Shown: positions 55,680 through 64,000 of the stretch, piece after piece
Numbering within the stretch: the stretch's first letter is position 1
Layout of the letters: the number at the start of each line of letters is the position of its first letter
Origin: Desulfurococcales archaeon
Lineage (GTDB): Archaea > Thermoproteota > Thermoprotei_A > Sulfolobales > Desulfurococcaceae
Direction of reading: 5' to 3'
NCBI GenBank assembly: GCA_027022365.1
Contig: JALVYU010000031.1
Span: forward strand, 160,001 to 224,000
Length of the DNA stretch: 64,000 nt
Translations under genes and position numbers: made by a program
The notes under the pieces: model-generated
The model's database searches: none
Told to the model about the DNA's origin: nothing
The model's input: only the letters and a program-made list of their open reading frames with translations

Positions 55680-56972
55680 TTATCCGCTCGTCCTCAGCCT
55701 CTTGTAGTCTGTCGGATAATATTTTGCTAGCAGTATCCATGCAACAATACATAGTAGCCAGAGGCTCACAAGGCTTACTGCCGCATAGAGTAGTGACAAT
55801 GATTTCGTGAGGCCGCTCGAGAGGAAGAAGTACACTAGTGCTCCATATATTGTCGGCCCTATAGCCCATCCCGCGCTGTTCAGTATATTGTATATCGAGA
55901 ATATAGTGCCCCTATACTCTGGCTTTACGCAATCACTTATAACTGTGCTTATATTGGGATATGCGAATGTCGTGAACATCATGCCGGCCACCGCCAATAA
56001 GGCTGGTGGTAGGAGAGCAGTGAACGATACTTCTCCGTAAGGATACGGGTAGGCGAGCATGGCGATCATTGCCAGGTAGCCTATTATGATACCTGCAATG
56101 CTTACCTGCACTCTCCCTATGGGCCCCTTCTTTTTCGCGAGCCTATCACTGAGGGTTCCGCCGATGATGTGCCCGAAAGCTATGCTTATCGTCGCAACTA
56201 TCAGTACTAGGCTTGCATATGTTTTCGGTATTCCCCATCTCGTCATGATGTAATCCACCGAGAAATAAGCCAACATACCCCACGGAATAGTCCATGCAAT
56301 GATCTGCACCATGACTATCAGGACGCTCCTGGTGAGAGCGCCTCTCACGGCTTCACGTAAACTATACTTCTTGGTGGTCTCCGGCGAATCACTATAGCCT
56401 ACGGTGACACCTTTACTGGACAAGTATAGACCGACGACGAATACAAGCACGAACACGCCGGCGATAAGGTATGCTGTCCTCCAGTTCAGCAGTATACCAG
56501 CCATGAGCAGGCCGAGCACCATGCCGAACACGCTGGAAGCGTAGTATGTAGCGTATCCCTTACCCCTCTTCTCGCTCGGCACGACATCAGCGATGAACGC
56601 ATATATGACAGGGCTTATACCGAGGAGGGCGACACCGAATATTATGAGATAAGCCATTATCTCGAAATAGCTCGTCACGCTCGATACGAGTATTAACGAT
56701 ATACCCATGGCGAGGCCGAGGGCGAGCAATAGCCTTCTGCGCCCAAGCTTATCTCCTAGAACGCCCCACAGGAACGTCAGTGCTAATCCAATAAATCCCG
56801 GCACGGTTTTCAAGAAGCCGGCGTAGAGCCTCCACGTCTCCTCGTTACCGGGTATGATTCCTTCTTTGTGGAGAGTGTCCAGTATTGGGGCCAGCATGTA
56901 GTTGCCGGAGAAGTAGAAGAGTACCATGAGGGCGAGGAACAGGAGTATAAGGTTAGTTTTGACTTCAGCCAT
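55680..56972 (-). CDS. MFS transporter
   Basis: About 12 TM helices; motif A GVLGDKLGRR and GGTLSDRL; DVVP.EKRG. Confidence 0.92.
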   Translation of the reverse strand: MAEVKTNLILLFLALMVLFYFSGNYMLAPILDTLHKEGIIPGNEETWRLYAGFLKTVPGFIGLALTFLWGVLGDKLGRRRLLLALGLAMGISLILVSSVTSYFEIMAYLIIFGVALLGISPVIYAFIADVVPSEKRGKGYATYYASSVFGMVLGLLMAGILLNWRTAYLIAGVFVLVFVVGLYLSSKGVTVGYSDSPETTKKYSLREAVRGALTRSVLIVMVQIIAWTIPWGMLAYFSVDYIMTRWGIPKTYASLVLIVATISIAFGHIIGGTLSDRLAKKKGPIGRVQVSIAGIIIGYLAMIAMLAYPYPYGEVSFTALLPPALLAVAGMMFTTFAYPNISTVISDCVKPEYRGTIFSIYNILNSAGWAIGPTIYGALVYFFLSSGLTKSLSLLYAAVSLVSLWLLCIVAWILLAKYYPTDYKRLRTSG

Positions 56973-56976
56973 TCTG

Positions 56977-57888
56977 TCACCCCAGGTATTCTTTGAAGAA
57001 ACCGATTACCTTTTCTTCGTACTCACGAGGATGATCCTTTATGGTGTGGACATGGCCACTGTCGGTTACCCAAAGAATAGCTTTCGGGTTATTTCTTCTC
57101 AGCTTATCGTAGAATTTCTTGATCTCGCTTAGTGCGACTAGGTCATCATTCCTTCCGGCTATTATCATGAAGGGGATCTTTATGTTATCAGCGTATTTGT
57201 ACATGATTAGATCATCTATATTGATACCTGCTCTGGAAGCTGTAAACCTTACTATTAACGGGTATACAAGGAGGAGCAATGACCTCATTATCCCCTTAAG
57301 CCTCATTATCCATCTCCGGCCCGACTCCCTAATGTCTATATAGGGGCTGTCGGCTACTGCGGCGTTGATTCTCTTGTCTTTAGCCGACAACATGATCGTG
57401 ACTGCGCCGCCCATAGAGTAACCTATAACCCCGATCTTCCCGGCCCTATCGGGCTTCTCGGATTTAAGCCAATCAATAATCCTCATATAGTCTTCAACTT
57501 CCTTCAAACCAAGCGTTGTTATCTCGCCGTCGCTGTCTCCATGCGCTCTGAAATCGAAGGCTACAACATTATAGCCGTTCCTGGCTAGCATGTCTATAAC
57601 AGGCTTCATATAGTCCTCTTCATACTTTGAAGCCGTATATCCATGTATCGCTACTATCGTGGTATCTGATCCTTTATCGATAAACCATCCTCTAAGCCTA
57701 TAACCGTCGCTCGTCGTAACCTCTACATTCTCATAATCGTGGCCGAGATCCTTTGGTGTCCAGTTCTTCTTTAGACGTGGCGGGCTCAGCATCTTATATG
57801 AAGCTAGCCTAGCTAGTCCCACTAGGAAAAGTATAATAGCGATAATAATACTGGCAACTACACCGACAACGATGAAGAGGCTCTGCAA
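56977..57888 (-). CDS. membrane-anchored alpha/beta hydrolase (esterase/lipase-like)
   Basis: N-terminal TM, HGY, DFRAHGDS, GYSMG nucleophile, DDLV, GHV; TTG start at 57888 after GGTG avoids overlap with the divergent gene. Confidence 0.88.
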   Translation of the reverse strand: MQSLFIVVGVVASIIIAIILFLVGLARLASYKMLSPPRLKKNWTPKDLGHDYENVEVTTSDGYRLRGWFIDKGSDTTIVAIHGYTASKYEEDYMKPVIDMLARNGYNVVAFDFRAHGDSDGEITTLGLKEVEDYMRIIDWLKSEKPDRAGKIGVIGYSMGGAVTIMLSAKDKRINAAVADSPYIDIRESGRRWIMRLKGIMRSLLLLVYPLIVRFTASRAGINIDDLIMYKYADNIKIPFMIIAGRNDDLVALSEIKKFYDKLRRNNPKAILWVTDSGHVHTIKDHPREYEEKVIGFFKEYLG

Positions 57889-57958
57889 GGATATTGCACC
57901 GTTATTAAAATCTACCACCAAGAAATAAATTCTCTTTGTATAACCATATCCAGTATAG

Positions 57959-58675
57959 GTGCGAGACATGAAGCCTATTCTGATCGGACATAGGGGTTTT
58001 CCCGCGAAATACCCTGAAAATACTATTGCTTCATTCCTTGCAGCCCTCTACTATGGCGCTGATGGGATAGAGCTCGATGTATGGCTCGACCGAGACAGGG
58101 ACTTAGTCGTAATACATGATCCAGACACACAGCGGGTAGCCGGAGAAAAGCTTTACGTCAAAGAAACAAGCACATCAGAACTTAGAAGCCTAGACCTCGG
58201 ACTCGCTCAGAGAATACCTTTACTCGAAGAGGTACTGGAAGCGATACCTAGTACCGTCCCCTTATTTGTAGAGATAAAAGATGTCGAAGCAGCAGTCCCA
58301 GCTTACGAACTCGTAAAGAAGTACGATAGACTCGACAAAACAATGTTCATAAGCTTCCATCCAGAAGCCCTCGAAAAAATAAGGAAAGCTAGCGAAGATG
58401 CTAGATTAGGCTTTATAATAGGAAGCATTGAGGCCGCAGAGAAAGCGCCCAGGCTTGCCGAGAGGCTTCGCTTACAAGCCATCGCGCCTCCAGTTCTCGG
58501 AGCAAAATACCTCGGTAAAGAGAAGTTCATCGAATACCTTAAAACGATCAAGAGCCTGGGTCTGTATACGGCTGTATGGGTCATTAATACGGAGGAAGAA
58601 TATAGGCTCGTTAAAGACTATGTAGACGCAATAATCACTGATAACATAGAGTACATAAGAACTCTTCAACACTAA
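57959..58675 (+). CDS. glpQ: glycerophosphodiester phosphodiesterase
   Basis: GHRG, PENT, GIELDV, VIHD, IPLLEE, EIK, ISF, IITD. Start may be the ATG at 57968. Confidence 0.92.
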   Translation: MRDMKPILIGHRGFPAKYPENTIASFLAALYYGADGIELDVWLDRDRDLVVIHDPDTQRVAGEKLYVKETSTSELRSLDLGLAQRIPLLEEVLEAIPSTVPLFVEIKDVEAAVPAYELVKKYDRLDKTMFISFHPEALEKIRKASEDARLGFIIGSIEAAEKAPRLAERLRLQAIAPPVLGAKYLGKEKFIEYLKTIKSLGLYTAVWVINTEEEYRLVKDYVDAIITDNIEYIRTLQH

Positions 58676-58725
58676 TTTTTCCCTAAGATGAGTTTGCGCG
58701 TCGATCCATGGGATATCTTATGGTC

Positions 58726-58785
58726 GTGATGAAAGTACCCTCGAATGACCGGCGAGTCCGGGATGAAGAACCGGAATTATGCTGA
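58726..58785 (+). ncRNA. box C/D 2'-O-methylation guide sRNA
   Basis: C GTGATGA 58726-32; 12-nt guide; D' ATGA 58745-48; CCGG/CCGG hairpin; C' ATGAAGA 58763-69; 12-nt guide; D CTGA 58782-85; intergenic. Confidence 0.82.
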
Positions 58786-58787
58786 AA

Positions 58788-59006
58788 TTATGCTTGATTC
58801 TTTTCTTTTATCCTACTATATGGGTCCTCGAGGAAGAATCCTTTCCTACACCTGGGACATATAACGAGGATAGGTCTCTCACGTTCCTCGTGGAAAACCT
58901 CGTGGTCGGCCATGTATAGTACGGATTCATACATGTAGTCGAAATCTTTCGGATCACCCTCGTATCCGCAGAATGGACACCTTATTCTACTAACCATAGC
59001 CAACAC
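58788..59006 (-). CDS. small zinc-ribbon protein
   Basis: CPFCG ... CPRC; GAGGTG SD. Confidence 0.75.
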   Translation of the reverse strand: MLAMVSRIRCPFCGYEGDPKDFDYMYESVLYMADHEVFHEERERPILVICPRCRKGFFLEDPYSRIKEKNQA

Positions 59007-59080
59007 CTCTTAAGACCAACCCATGTATAGTTCTATATAAAACCAGGTTATTACGTGAATGGTTGCGTGAAGACTTGTAC

Positions 59081-59452
59081 TTACTGCTCGTAAAGCTCTA
59101 CTTCAACGAATGGCTTAACCCTGGACTTGATCAAATGTCCAGCGTATACTTTGTAACCCTTCTCGGTATATGTTGCGAGGACGACGTGTAGGTGTATGCG
59201 GAGTCCTTCGTCATTATTCCTGTAATTCCCCAGTAGCGATCCGATCTCTATGATGAAAGGCTCACGAGGCCTGATCTGGATCTCATGGTATTTCTCGCCG
59301 TCATAAACGCCTATAATAGCTTCACTGAGGCCACCTATGCCTGCTATTGCTCCATTTCTCAAGCCTAGCCTCTTAATCTCTTCTACAAGGAATTGGTGGA
59401 TGTCTCTGCCTTCCGGAATTCTGGTCTTGACGAGCTTCATCCTCTCGCCCAA
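59081..59452 (-). CDS. PPC-domain (DUF296) protein
   Basis: GIGGLS, EIGSLLGN, HLHVVL, AGHL, VE. Confidence 0.85.
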   Translation of the reverse strand: MGERMKLVKTRIPEGRDIHQFLVEEIKRLGLRNGAIAGIGGLSEAIIGVYDGEKYHEIQIRPREPFIIEIGSLLGNYRNNDEGLRIHLHVVLATYTEKGYKVYAGHLIKSRVKPFVEVELYEQ

Positions 59453-59457
59453 CTTAT

Positions 59458-59880
59458 CTAGTTGTTTTCGTCGGTTAATGACTCCTTTCCACGCACGAGG
59501 AAGATGATCTTTCTCCTATGATTATGCACAGGCCTTGTCTCAAGGAAATACAGTCTGTTTCCCCCTAGGAGAGGCTCGCCATTAATTATCGGTATTCTTT
59601 TATGTGTGCCTAGGAGGGCTGATCTTAGGTGAGCATACGCGTTACCATGCTTCCATCCCGTAACGGGTATGTATTCTTTAACGAATCTATCAAGATGATC
59701 GAGTACTTCGCTCTCAATGAGTACTAGTGCCGGGGTAGCGCCTACCGCATGTATGTCCACAATTCCCTGCTTAACACCGGATTCTGATACTATGTCGTGT
59801 AGAACGCTGGTTAGATCAAAGTATTTCATAGGCCCTCTAGTTATGATCTCAATCTCTATTGAAAACACCCTCAAGAACAA
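59458..59880 (-). CDS. YjbQ/UPF0047 family protein (paralog A)
   Basis: FDLT, SGVKQG, H.GNAYAHLRSALLG, IPIINGE.LLG, RRK. Confidence 0.8.
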   Translation of the reverse strand: MFLRVFSIEIEIITRGPMKYFDLTSVLHDIVSESGVKQGIVDIHAVGATPALVLIESEVLDHLDRFVKEYIPVTGWKHGNAYAHLRSALLGTHKRIPIINGEPLLGGNRLYFLETRPVHNHRRKIIFLVRGKESLTDENN

Positions 59881-60247
59881 CTACCACCTTCTTCTCTCCC
59901 TCAATACCGCTAACGTCTATAAGGACAGGGTGCTTGAATATGCCCTGACACGTCTCGCCATTATCTACGGGTAGTGAAGCGTCTTTACCGTATAGTGCTT
60001 CAGCAACACAACATCTTACCTCGGCCTCTATTCTGTCTAAGAGCTGTTCAAGGTCATGCATGAGACCCGGCTCGTATTCTGTCAGGACTACAAAGCAACA
60101 CTGATCATTAGGATAGAGGGTTATGATGCCCTTGAGGAGTCCGTGTCTCCTGATGATCTCATCTACTTGTTCTTGTAGATTCACAGCTGTATAGCCGCTG
60201 GTTGGGACGACGATATGGTCTATACGTATGTCTAGGGATTCGCTCAT
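59849..60247 (-). CDS. divergent YjbQ/UPF0047-like protein (paralog B)
   Basis: V.L..QV, GL.KG, TEYEPGLMHDL, LYG...SLPVDNG...G.FK. Confidence 0.65.
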   Translation of the reverse strand: MSESLDIRIDHIVVPTSGYTAVNLQEQVDEIIRRHGLLKGIITLYPNDQCCFVVLTEYEPGLMHDLEQLLDRIEAEVRCCVAEALYGKDASLPVDNGETCQGIFKHPVLIDVSGIEGEKKVVVVLEGVFNRD

Positions 60248-60792
60248 TTCTTTTCCTCTAGCTCTTTAACCTTCTCTAGGAACTCGTCTATTTTCTTTGT
60301 CAGTACATCGAGGGACTTGCTCCCCTCAAGCTTATCTTTCAGCACTACTTCACCGTTTTTGACGTATAATAGATACGTTGTCGGCGATGCGTGTACATCA
60401 TATTCTTTGAAGCTGTTCTTCGCGGCCTCAGATTCACAGTTTCTTGCGAACCAACTGCACAGTATTATTACGAACTTCACGTTCTCGAGATTTCTTCCCA
60501 CTAGCTTGATGTAGGGATACCAGGAAAGATCATATATTCTGCATGCTGGGCACCTAGTGTTATCGAAATAGATAACGTAGACGCCGTCTTCTTCGGGCTT
60601 GAACGCCTCTCCCTCTGTTCTCACTAGCACCCACTTGTCCTTTTCCTTATCGTAGATGTAGATGCCGTGGGGGGAGTTCACGTCTACTATATCGAGCTCG
60701 ACCCTCTCCTGCTTCATGGATTTCTCATCCCCTTTACCTACTAGTTTTTTGGCGAGCTCCTCAAGTATTCTGTCCAGATCATTTTCAACCAT
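60244..60792 (-). CDS. thioredoxin-fold protein (CPAC)
   Basis: YFDNTRCPAC, cis-Pro ASPT; start at MVEND after GAGGTGA. Confidence 0.8.
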   Translation of the reverse strand: MVENDLDRILEELAKKLVGKGDEKSMKQERVELDIVDVNSPHGIYIYDKEKDKWVLVRTEGEAFKPEEDGVYVIYFDNTRCPACRIYDLSWYPYIKLVGRNLENVKFVIILCSWFARNCESEAAKNSFKEYDVHASPTTYLLYVKNGEVVLKDKLEGSKSLDVLTKKIDEFLEKVKELEEKK

Positions 60793-60821
60793 ATGGGGTC
60801 TCACCTCTATAACTATATGGT

Positions 60822-61103
60822 TTATCCTACTTGCATACAACGACATGTACACTCAAGATCGAGAACCAAGTAATCCCTTATCCCCTTCTCCTCGGCCAGC
60901 CTCAGGAAATCATATAATTTACTTACAGGAACGAGATATGTTCCCGGGCACAGGCGGATCCCCTCGACGTGTTTCAGCATGCCATGTGACCTGTATTTTC
61001 TACCTTTGACAACCACGGTTGTCCCGAGGAGGGTCTTGGCTACTTTGCTCCTTGACCGTTTGTCCATTCCTTTCTTCAACCTGATGATGGCATATACTGT
61101 CAT
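60822..61103 (-). CDS. small basic hypothetical protein (possible ferredoxin-like/PaaX-Cas2-type fold)
   Basis: 93 aa; L.G....K..KY...G.L....G.RL..G.YLVP pattern; fold guess is weak. Confidence 0.6.
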   Translation of the reverse strand: MTVYAIIRLKKGMDKRSRSKVAKTLLGTTVVVKGRKYRSHGMLKHVEGIRLCPGTYLVPVSKLYDFLRLAEEKGIRDYLVLDLECTCRCMQVG

Positions 61104-61123
61104 TACTGTGCGCCGGTGTTACG

Positions 61124-61145
61124 TTTATGCCACTAGTGGCATAAA
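61124..61145. repeat. perfect 22-bp palindrome TTTATGCCACTAGTGGCATAAA
   Basis: Self-complementary; intergenic between 61103 and 61150. Confidence 0.85.
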
Positions 61146-61149
61146 AGAC

Positions 61150-62568
61150 TTATTTTGTCTTGCCAAGCCACTTCATTATACCTTCGCCACTCCCCTGTTT
61201 ACGTTTCAAAACCTTCTCCACAAATCTATCTCTCACAGGCTCGTATACCTCCTTGTAGAACAGCTGCGGATCACGAAGCACGGTCTTGGGGAATCTCCTG
61301 ACATATTCTAGGGCCGCTCTCCAGGCCTCCTCAGCCTTTATTCCAGCCTCCTCGAACTTTCTCAGAACATATCTATCGAAGTCCTCCGGCCTCTGCTCTA
61401 TTCCTCCCATAACGAAATAGCCTCTGGGGGAGATCTGTAGTTTTTCTCCAACCTCCTCGACGCGTTTCAACTCCCCGGTTACCCTAACGCCGTATATCCT
61501 CCCTCGAGGCCTATAGGCCGCAACCCCCCTCTTCGCCGGGCCATAGTATTTCGCCCATGCATAGAATATTGCGCGGTTCAGCCCGAAGCTCTTGGCTTTT
61601 TCAAGATCACCGGTCAGGATATAGTATCTTGCAGCCTGTAGTAACGCCATGACGGGAAATCTGCCTGGCTCAGAAACGTTCCTACTTACAGGCTTCCCCA
61701 CAGTCGGGGGTTCCCTTGTTTCAACACCAATCCTTGTCGCACGGGCCTCCAATAGGCTGTGCTTCCGCACAATGCCTATGTGCTTGATAGCCTTGTATGC
61801 TAGCTCGTCGAGCCCGCTTTTCTCGTAGATCCTCCATGAGTCAGGGTCATGCCGTGGATTCGATGGATCACTCCATTCTAGCTTGAAGTCTTCAAGATCT
61901 CTGGGCCTGAAGAATACAACGGCCCTATCCAGTCTTCTATGAAGGCTTAATGGTGCGGTGAAGACCCTCTTCATGGAGACCAGGTTCTCGATCTTCACTA
62001 TTCCCCCGGATTCCCTGATAGCATCTATAAGCCTGGGCTTTAATACTTCGAGGACATACTCGACGAGGCAGAAAGCCACGTCCAGGGGATGATATTCTTT
62101 TAGCGGCTCATCTATGCATTTCTCGTTGAACCTTACATGTATACCCGCTCCGCTCCAGGCTAGATAGACGCATTTCTCAAAGTTATTCTCTATCACGTAC
62201 TCCGCTATGATCTTTGTTGTCCTGACTATGTACACGTATCTTTTCTCGAGTTCCCTCTCATCTATTAAGTCTATGTCTATGAATGGCGTGACCCTGACAA
62301 CGTTTTCCGCGTATTTCTCCATAACGTCAGCTTTCTTCTCGAGGGTTTTGAACACCTCTATTGTGCCGTAGATACTCCGTGGCTTGATGAAATGGTATTT
62401 CTTGAAGAGCCGCGGTATATCTTCCGGCTTGCTGATGATCAGGGGCTTATCGTCTTCCCATCGTACCCATTTCCTGTTCTCGCCCTCGAGGCCTATCCAT
62501 CTACCTTTCAGATACTCGGTTATCTCTCTTAGCTTTAAGGGATCGTTATAGTACTTAGCAATGTCCAC
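61150..62568 (-). CDS. archaeo-eukaryotic primase (AEP)-like domain fused to an uncharacterised C-terminal domain
   Basis: FIDID (motif I), WSGAGIHV (motif II), KIENL..KRVFTAPLSLH (motif III region); C-domain GRFPVMALLQAAR...AKSFGLNRAIFYAWAK. Confidence 0.7.
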   Translation of the reverse strand: MDIAKYYNDPLKLREITEYLKGRWIGLEGENRKWVRWEDDKPLIISKPEDIPRLFKKYHFIKPRSIYGTIEVFKTLEKKADVMEKYAENVVRVTPFIDIDLIDERELEKRYVYIVRTTKIIAEYVIENNFEKCVYLAWSGAGIHVRFNEKCIDEPLKEYHPLDVAFCLVEYVLEVLKPRLIDAIRESGGIVKIENLVSMKRVFTAPLSLHRRLDRAVVFFRPRDLEDFKLEWSDPSNPRHDPDSWRIYEKSGLDELAYKAIKHIGIVRKHSLLEARATRIGVETREPPTVGKPVSRNVSEPGRFPVMALLQAARYYILTGDLEKAKSFGLNRAIFYAWAKYYGPAKRGVAAYRPRGRIYGVRVTGELKRVEEVGEKLQISPRGYFVMGGIEQRPEDFDRYVLRKFEEAGIKAEEAWRAALEYVRRFPKTVLRDPQLFYKEVYEPVRDRFVEKVLKRKQGSGEGIMKWLGKTK

Positions 62569-62632
62569 GGCTTATCCCATGAGAATAATATTGCATGCTC
62601 AGAGATTTAAGGGAGAAGAAACTAGGGATTCC

Positions 62633-63340
62633 TTACTCCTTGAGTATTTTCATCATGGTTCGAGCGTTCTCCAGCATCCAGTGGTCATTATTGAAGAAAA
62701 CATATGTTTTCGCGGGATTAAGAACACGTATTTTCTCGGCCACCTCGCGGAGTTCTTCCTCGGTGTATTCGTGGGCGTACCAGCTACTCCTCCCATGCAT
62801 GCGGAGATAGACTATGTCGTTACTGCTCCGAATCCATACTCCGATAGGGCTATCTATGCTGACGAGGGTTACGCCGATCCTTCTACAAAGAGATATTGTT
62901 TCCTCATCGAACCAGCTCGGATCACGGAACTCGACTGCAAGCCTTGGGCCCAGCCCGAACCTCTCCGAGAACTTTATGAGACGCTCAATATTTGCCGGAC
63001 TACGCTTGAATGTTGGAGGGAGCTGTAAGAGATAGAAGTCGATCTTATCATCAAGCGGCTGGAAAAGCCTCAGAAACTTCTCGAATGTCGGATAAGATGT
63101 TTCACTGAGCCGCTTGTAATGCGTTATTATACGGTTGACCTTGACCGCCCATCGTAGGCCCCGGGATTTCCGGGCCCAAGATCTAACCTGGTTCGGGAAG
63201 GGGAACCTGTAAAAACTGGCATTGAGCTCTACGGCGTTGAGGCCTGAGTACTTGACGTACCAGTCTAGGTTGCCCCACTCATTCCAGTCGTAGGCCCAGC
63301 CGCTTGTCCCTACGTATACCTCCATGAATCCTCGCTTCAC
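62633..63340 (-). CDS. DUF72 family protein
   Basis: VGTSGW.Y, VELNASFYR.P, ITH..RL, QLPP, EFR..SW, YLRMHG, FFNND. Confidence 0.92.
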   Translation of the reverse strand: MKRGFMEVYVGTSGWAYDWNEWGNLDWYVKYSGLNAVELNASFYRFPFPNQVRSWARKSRGLRWAVKVNRIITHYKRLSETSYPTFEKFLRLFQPLDDKIDFYLLQLPPTFKRSPANIERLIKFSERFGLGPRLAVEFRDPSWFDEETISLCRRIGVTLVSIDSPIGVWIRSSNDIVYLRMHGRSSWYAHEYTEEELREVAEKIRVLNPAKTYVFFNNDHWMLENARTMMKILKE

Positions 63341-63987
63341 GGGGTTGTTGAGGCTTGCTCGGGCTTTCTAAGTATGCCCTCGATTTCGCTGATCTCTATT
63401 CCGAGCTTCTCTGAGACTTTCCTGAGAGCCTGCCTCGACAGCATGTTCTCAAGCCTAGATACGATCTTTCTTGTCTCCTTATCGATATGAAGGGCTTCCC
63501 GGACTGCTTCTCTAACGCGTGATTCTAGCGGGAAGGTTTTCTCCGCCTCTATGATCAATATTTTTTCCTCGGGGAGAACCTCGACGGTATAGCCGTGCTT
63601 CTCAGCTATCTTTGACGCTATCAATGAGTAGAGGCCAAGGGGCATCCAGGCCCTATACGCGTACTCATAACCTATTACCGTCTTCTCGAGATATATATGG
63701 CCTTTCCCCTCGTCACGCCACAGTGTCAGGTTATCGTAGAATTCTAGGCCCTCAACCCTATAGGTATAGCTTTCCTCCTCTAGGACGGCGAGGGGCATTA
63801 CCTCCATCACCACTGGCTCACCATTAATAGTCTTGAATGGCAGATCCAGAAACTTCATCTTCATAACGGTTCTTAGTGGGATGAAGACGTGTATGTGGTT
63901 CTCGTCAACGATCTCAGCCGGATACCTTCGTTTACGGACTTTAACGTACTTTAGAGTCTTATCGACCTCAATTGATCGCTGCGACAT
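63337..63987 (-). CDS. hypothetical protein
   Basis: 216-aa ORF with a GGGTGA SD, overlapping the DUF72 ORF start; no family recognised. Confidence 0.65.
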   Translation of the reverse strand: MSQRSIEVDKTLKYVKVRKRRYPAEIVDENHIHVFIPLRTVMKMKFLDLPFKTINGEPVVMEVMPLAVLEEESYTYRVEGLEFYDNLTLWRDEGKGHIYLEKTVIGYEYAYRAWMPLGLYSLIASKIAEKHGYTVEVLPEEKILIIEAEKTFPLESRVREAVREALHIDKETRKIVSRLENMLSRQALRKVSEKLGIEISEIEGILRKPEQASTTP

Positions 63988-64000
63988 AGATCTTTCACCC

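Noticed and set aside
61150-62568. Integrated plasmid or virus replication module
   Set aside because: No helicase, integrase or att repeats nearby, and the neighbouring genes look chromosomal.
1-64000. CRISPR array, cas genes, tRNA or rRNA genes
   Set aside because: No regularly spaced direct repeats or cloverleaf/rRNA signatures were seen by eye. TnpB is transposon-associated, and the 93-aa ORF lacks cas context.

Overview
Gene-dense archaeal chromosome segment. Gene content, GGTG/GGAGG Shine-Dalgarno sites, a C/D-box sRNA and Thr-rich-linker surface binding proteins suggest a fermentative hyperthermophilic crenarchaeote of the Desulfurococcales type (inference). From left to right: a CLC channel whose gating Glu is replaced by Gln; a frameshifted malQ; an IS607-family element (serine TnpA plus TnpB with an omega-RNA-like right end) inserted in a metallo-beta-lactamase-fold gene; a FecCD/Btu-type ABC importer divergent from cobN and a chlI/D-VWA fusion; a peptide ABC system whose binding protein is circularly permuted; a membrane-anchored HTH regulator and beta-propeller gene that share a palindromic operator; rpiA; and glycerol/glycerophosphodiester genes split into two blocks. 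Between those two blocks lies the best candidate for a new system, a ~19 kb locus (34.3-53.1 kb) that looks like an archaeal pathway for digesting and importing bacterial peptidoglycan. It encodes a surface-anchored GATase-like/GHL10 hydrolase, a cytoplasmic GHL10, an MpaA-like M14 peptidase, a D-glutamate cyclase, a BadF-type amino-sugar kinase, a GNAT, a ceramidase-fold amidohydrolase, a Gfo/Idh/MocA plus epimerase pair and a peptide ABC transporter. The right end holds a C/D-box guide RNA, two complementary YjbQ paralogs, a 22-bp perfect palindrome and an AEP (primase-polymerase)-like fusion next to DUF72. All family calls come from motif recognition by eye; no database searches were run.
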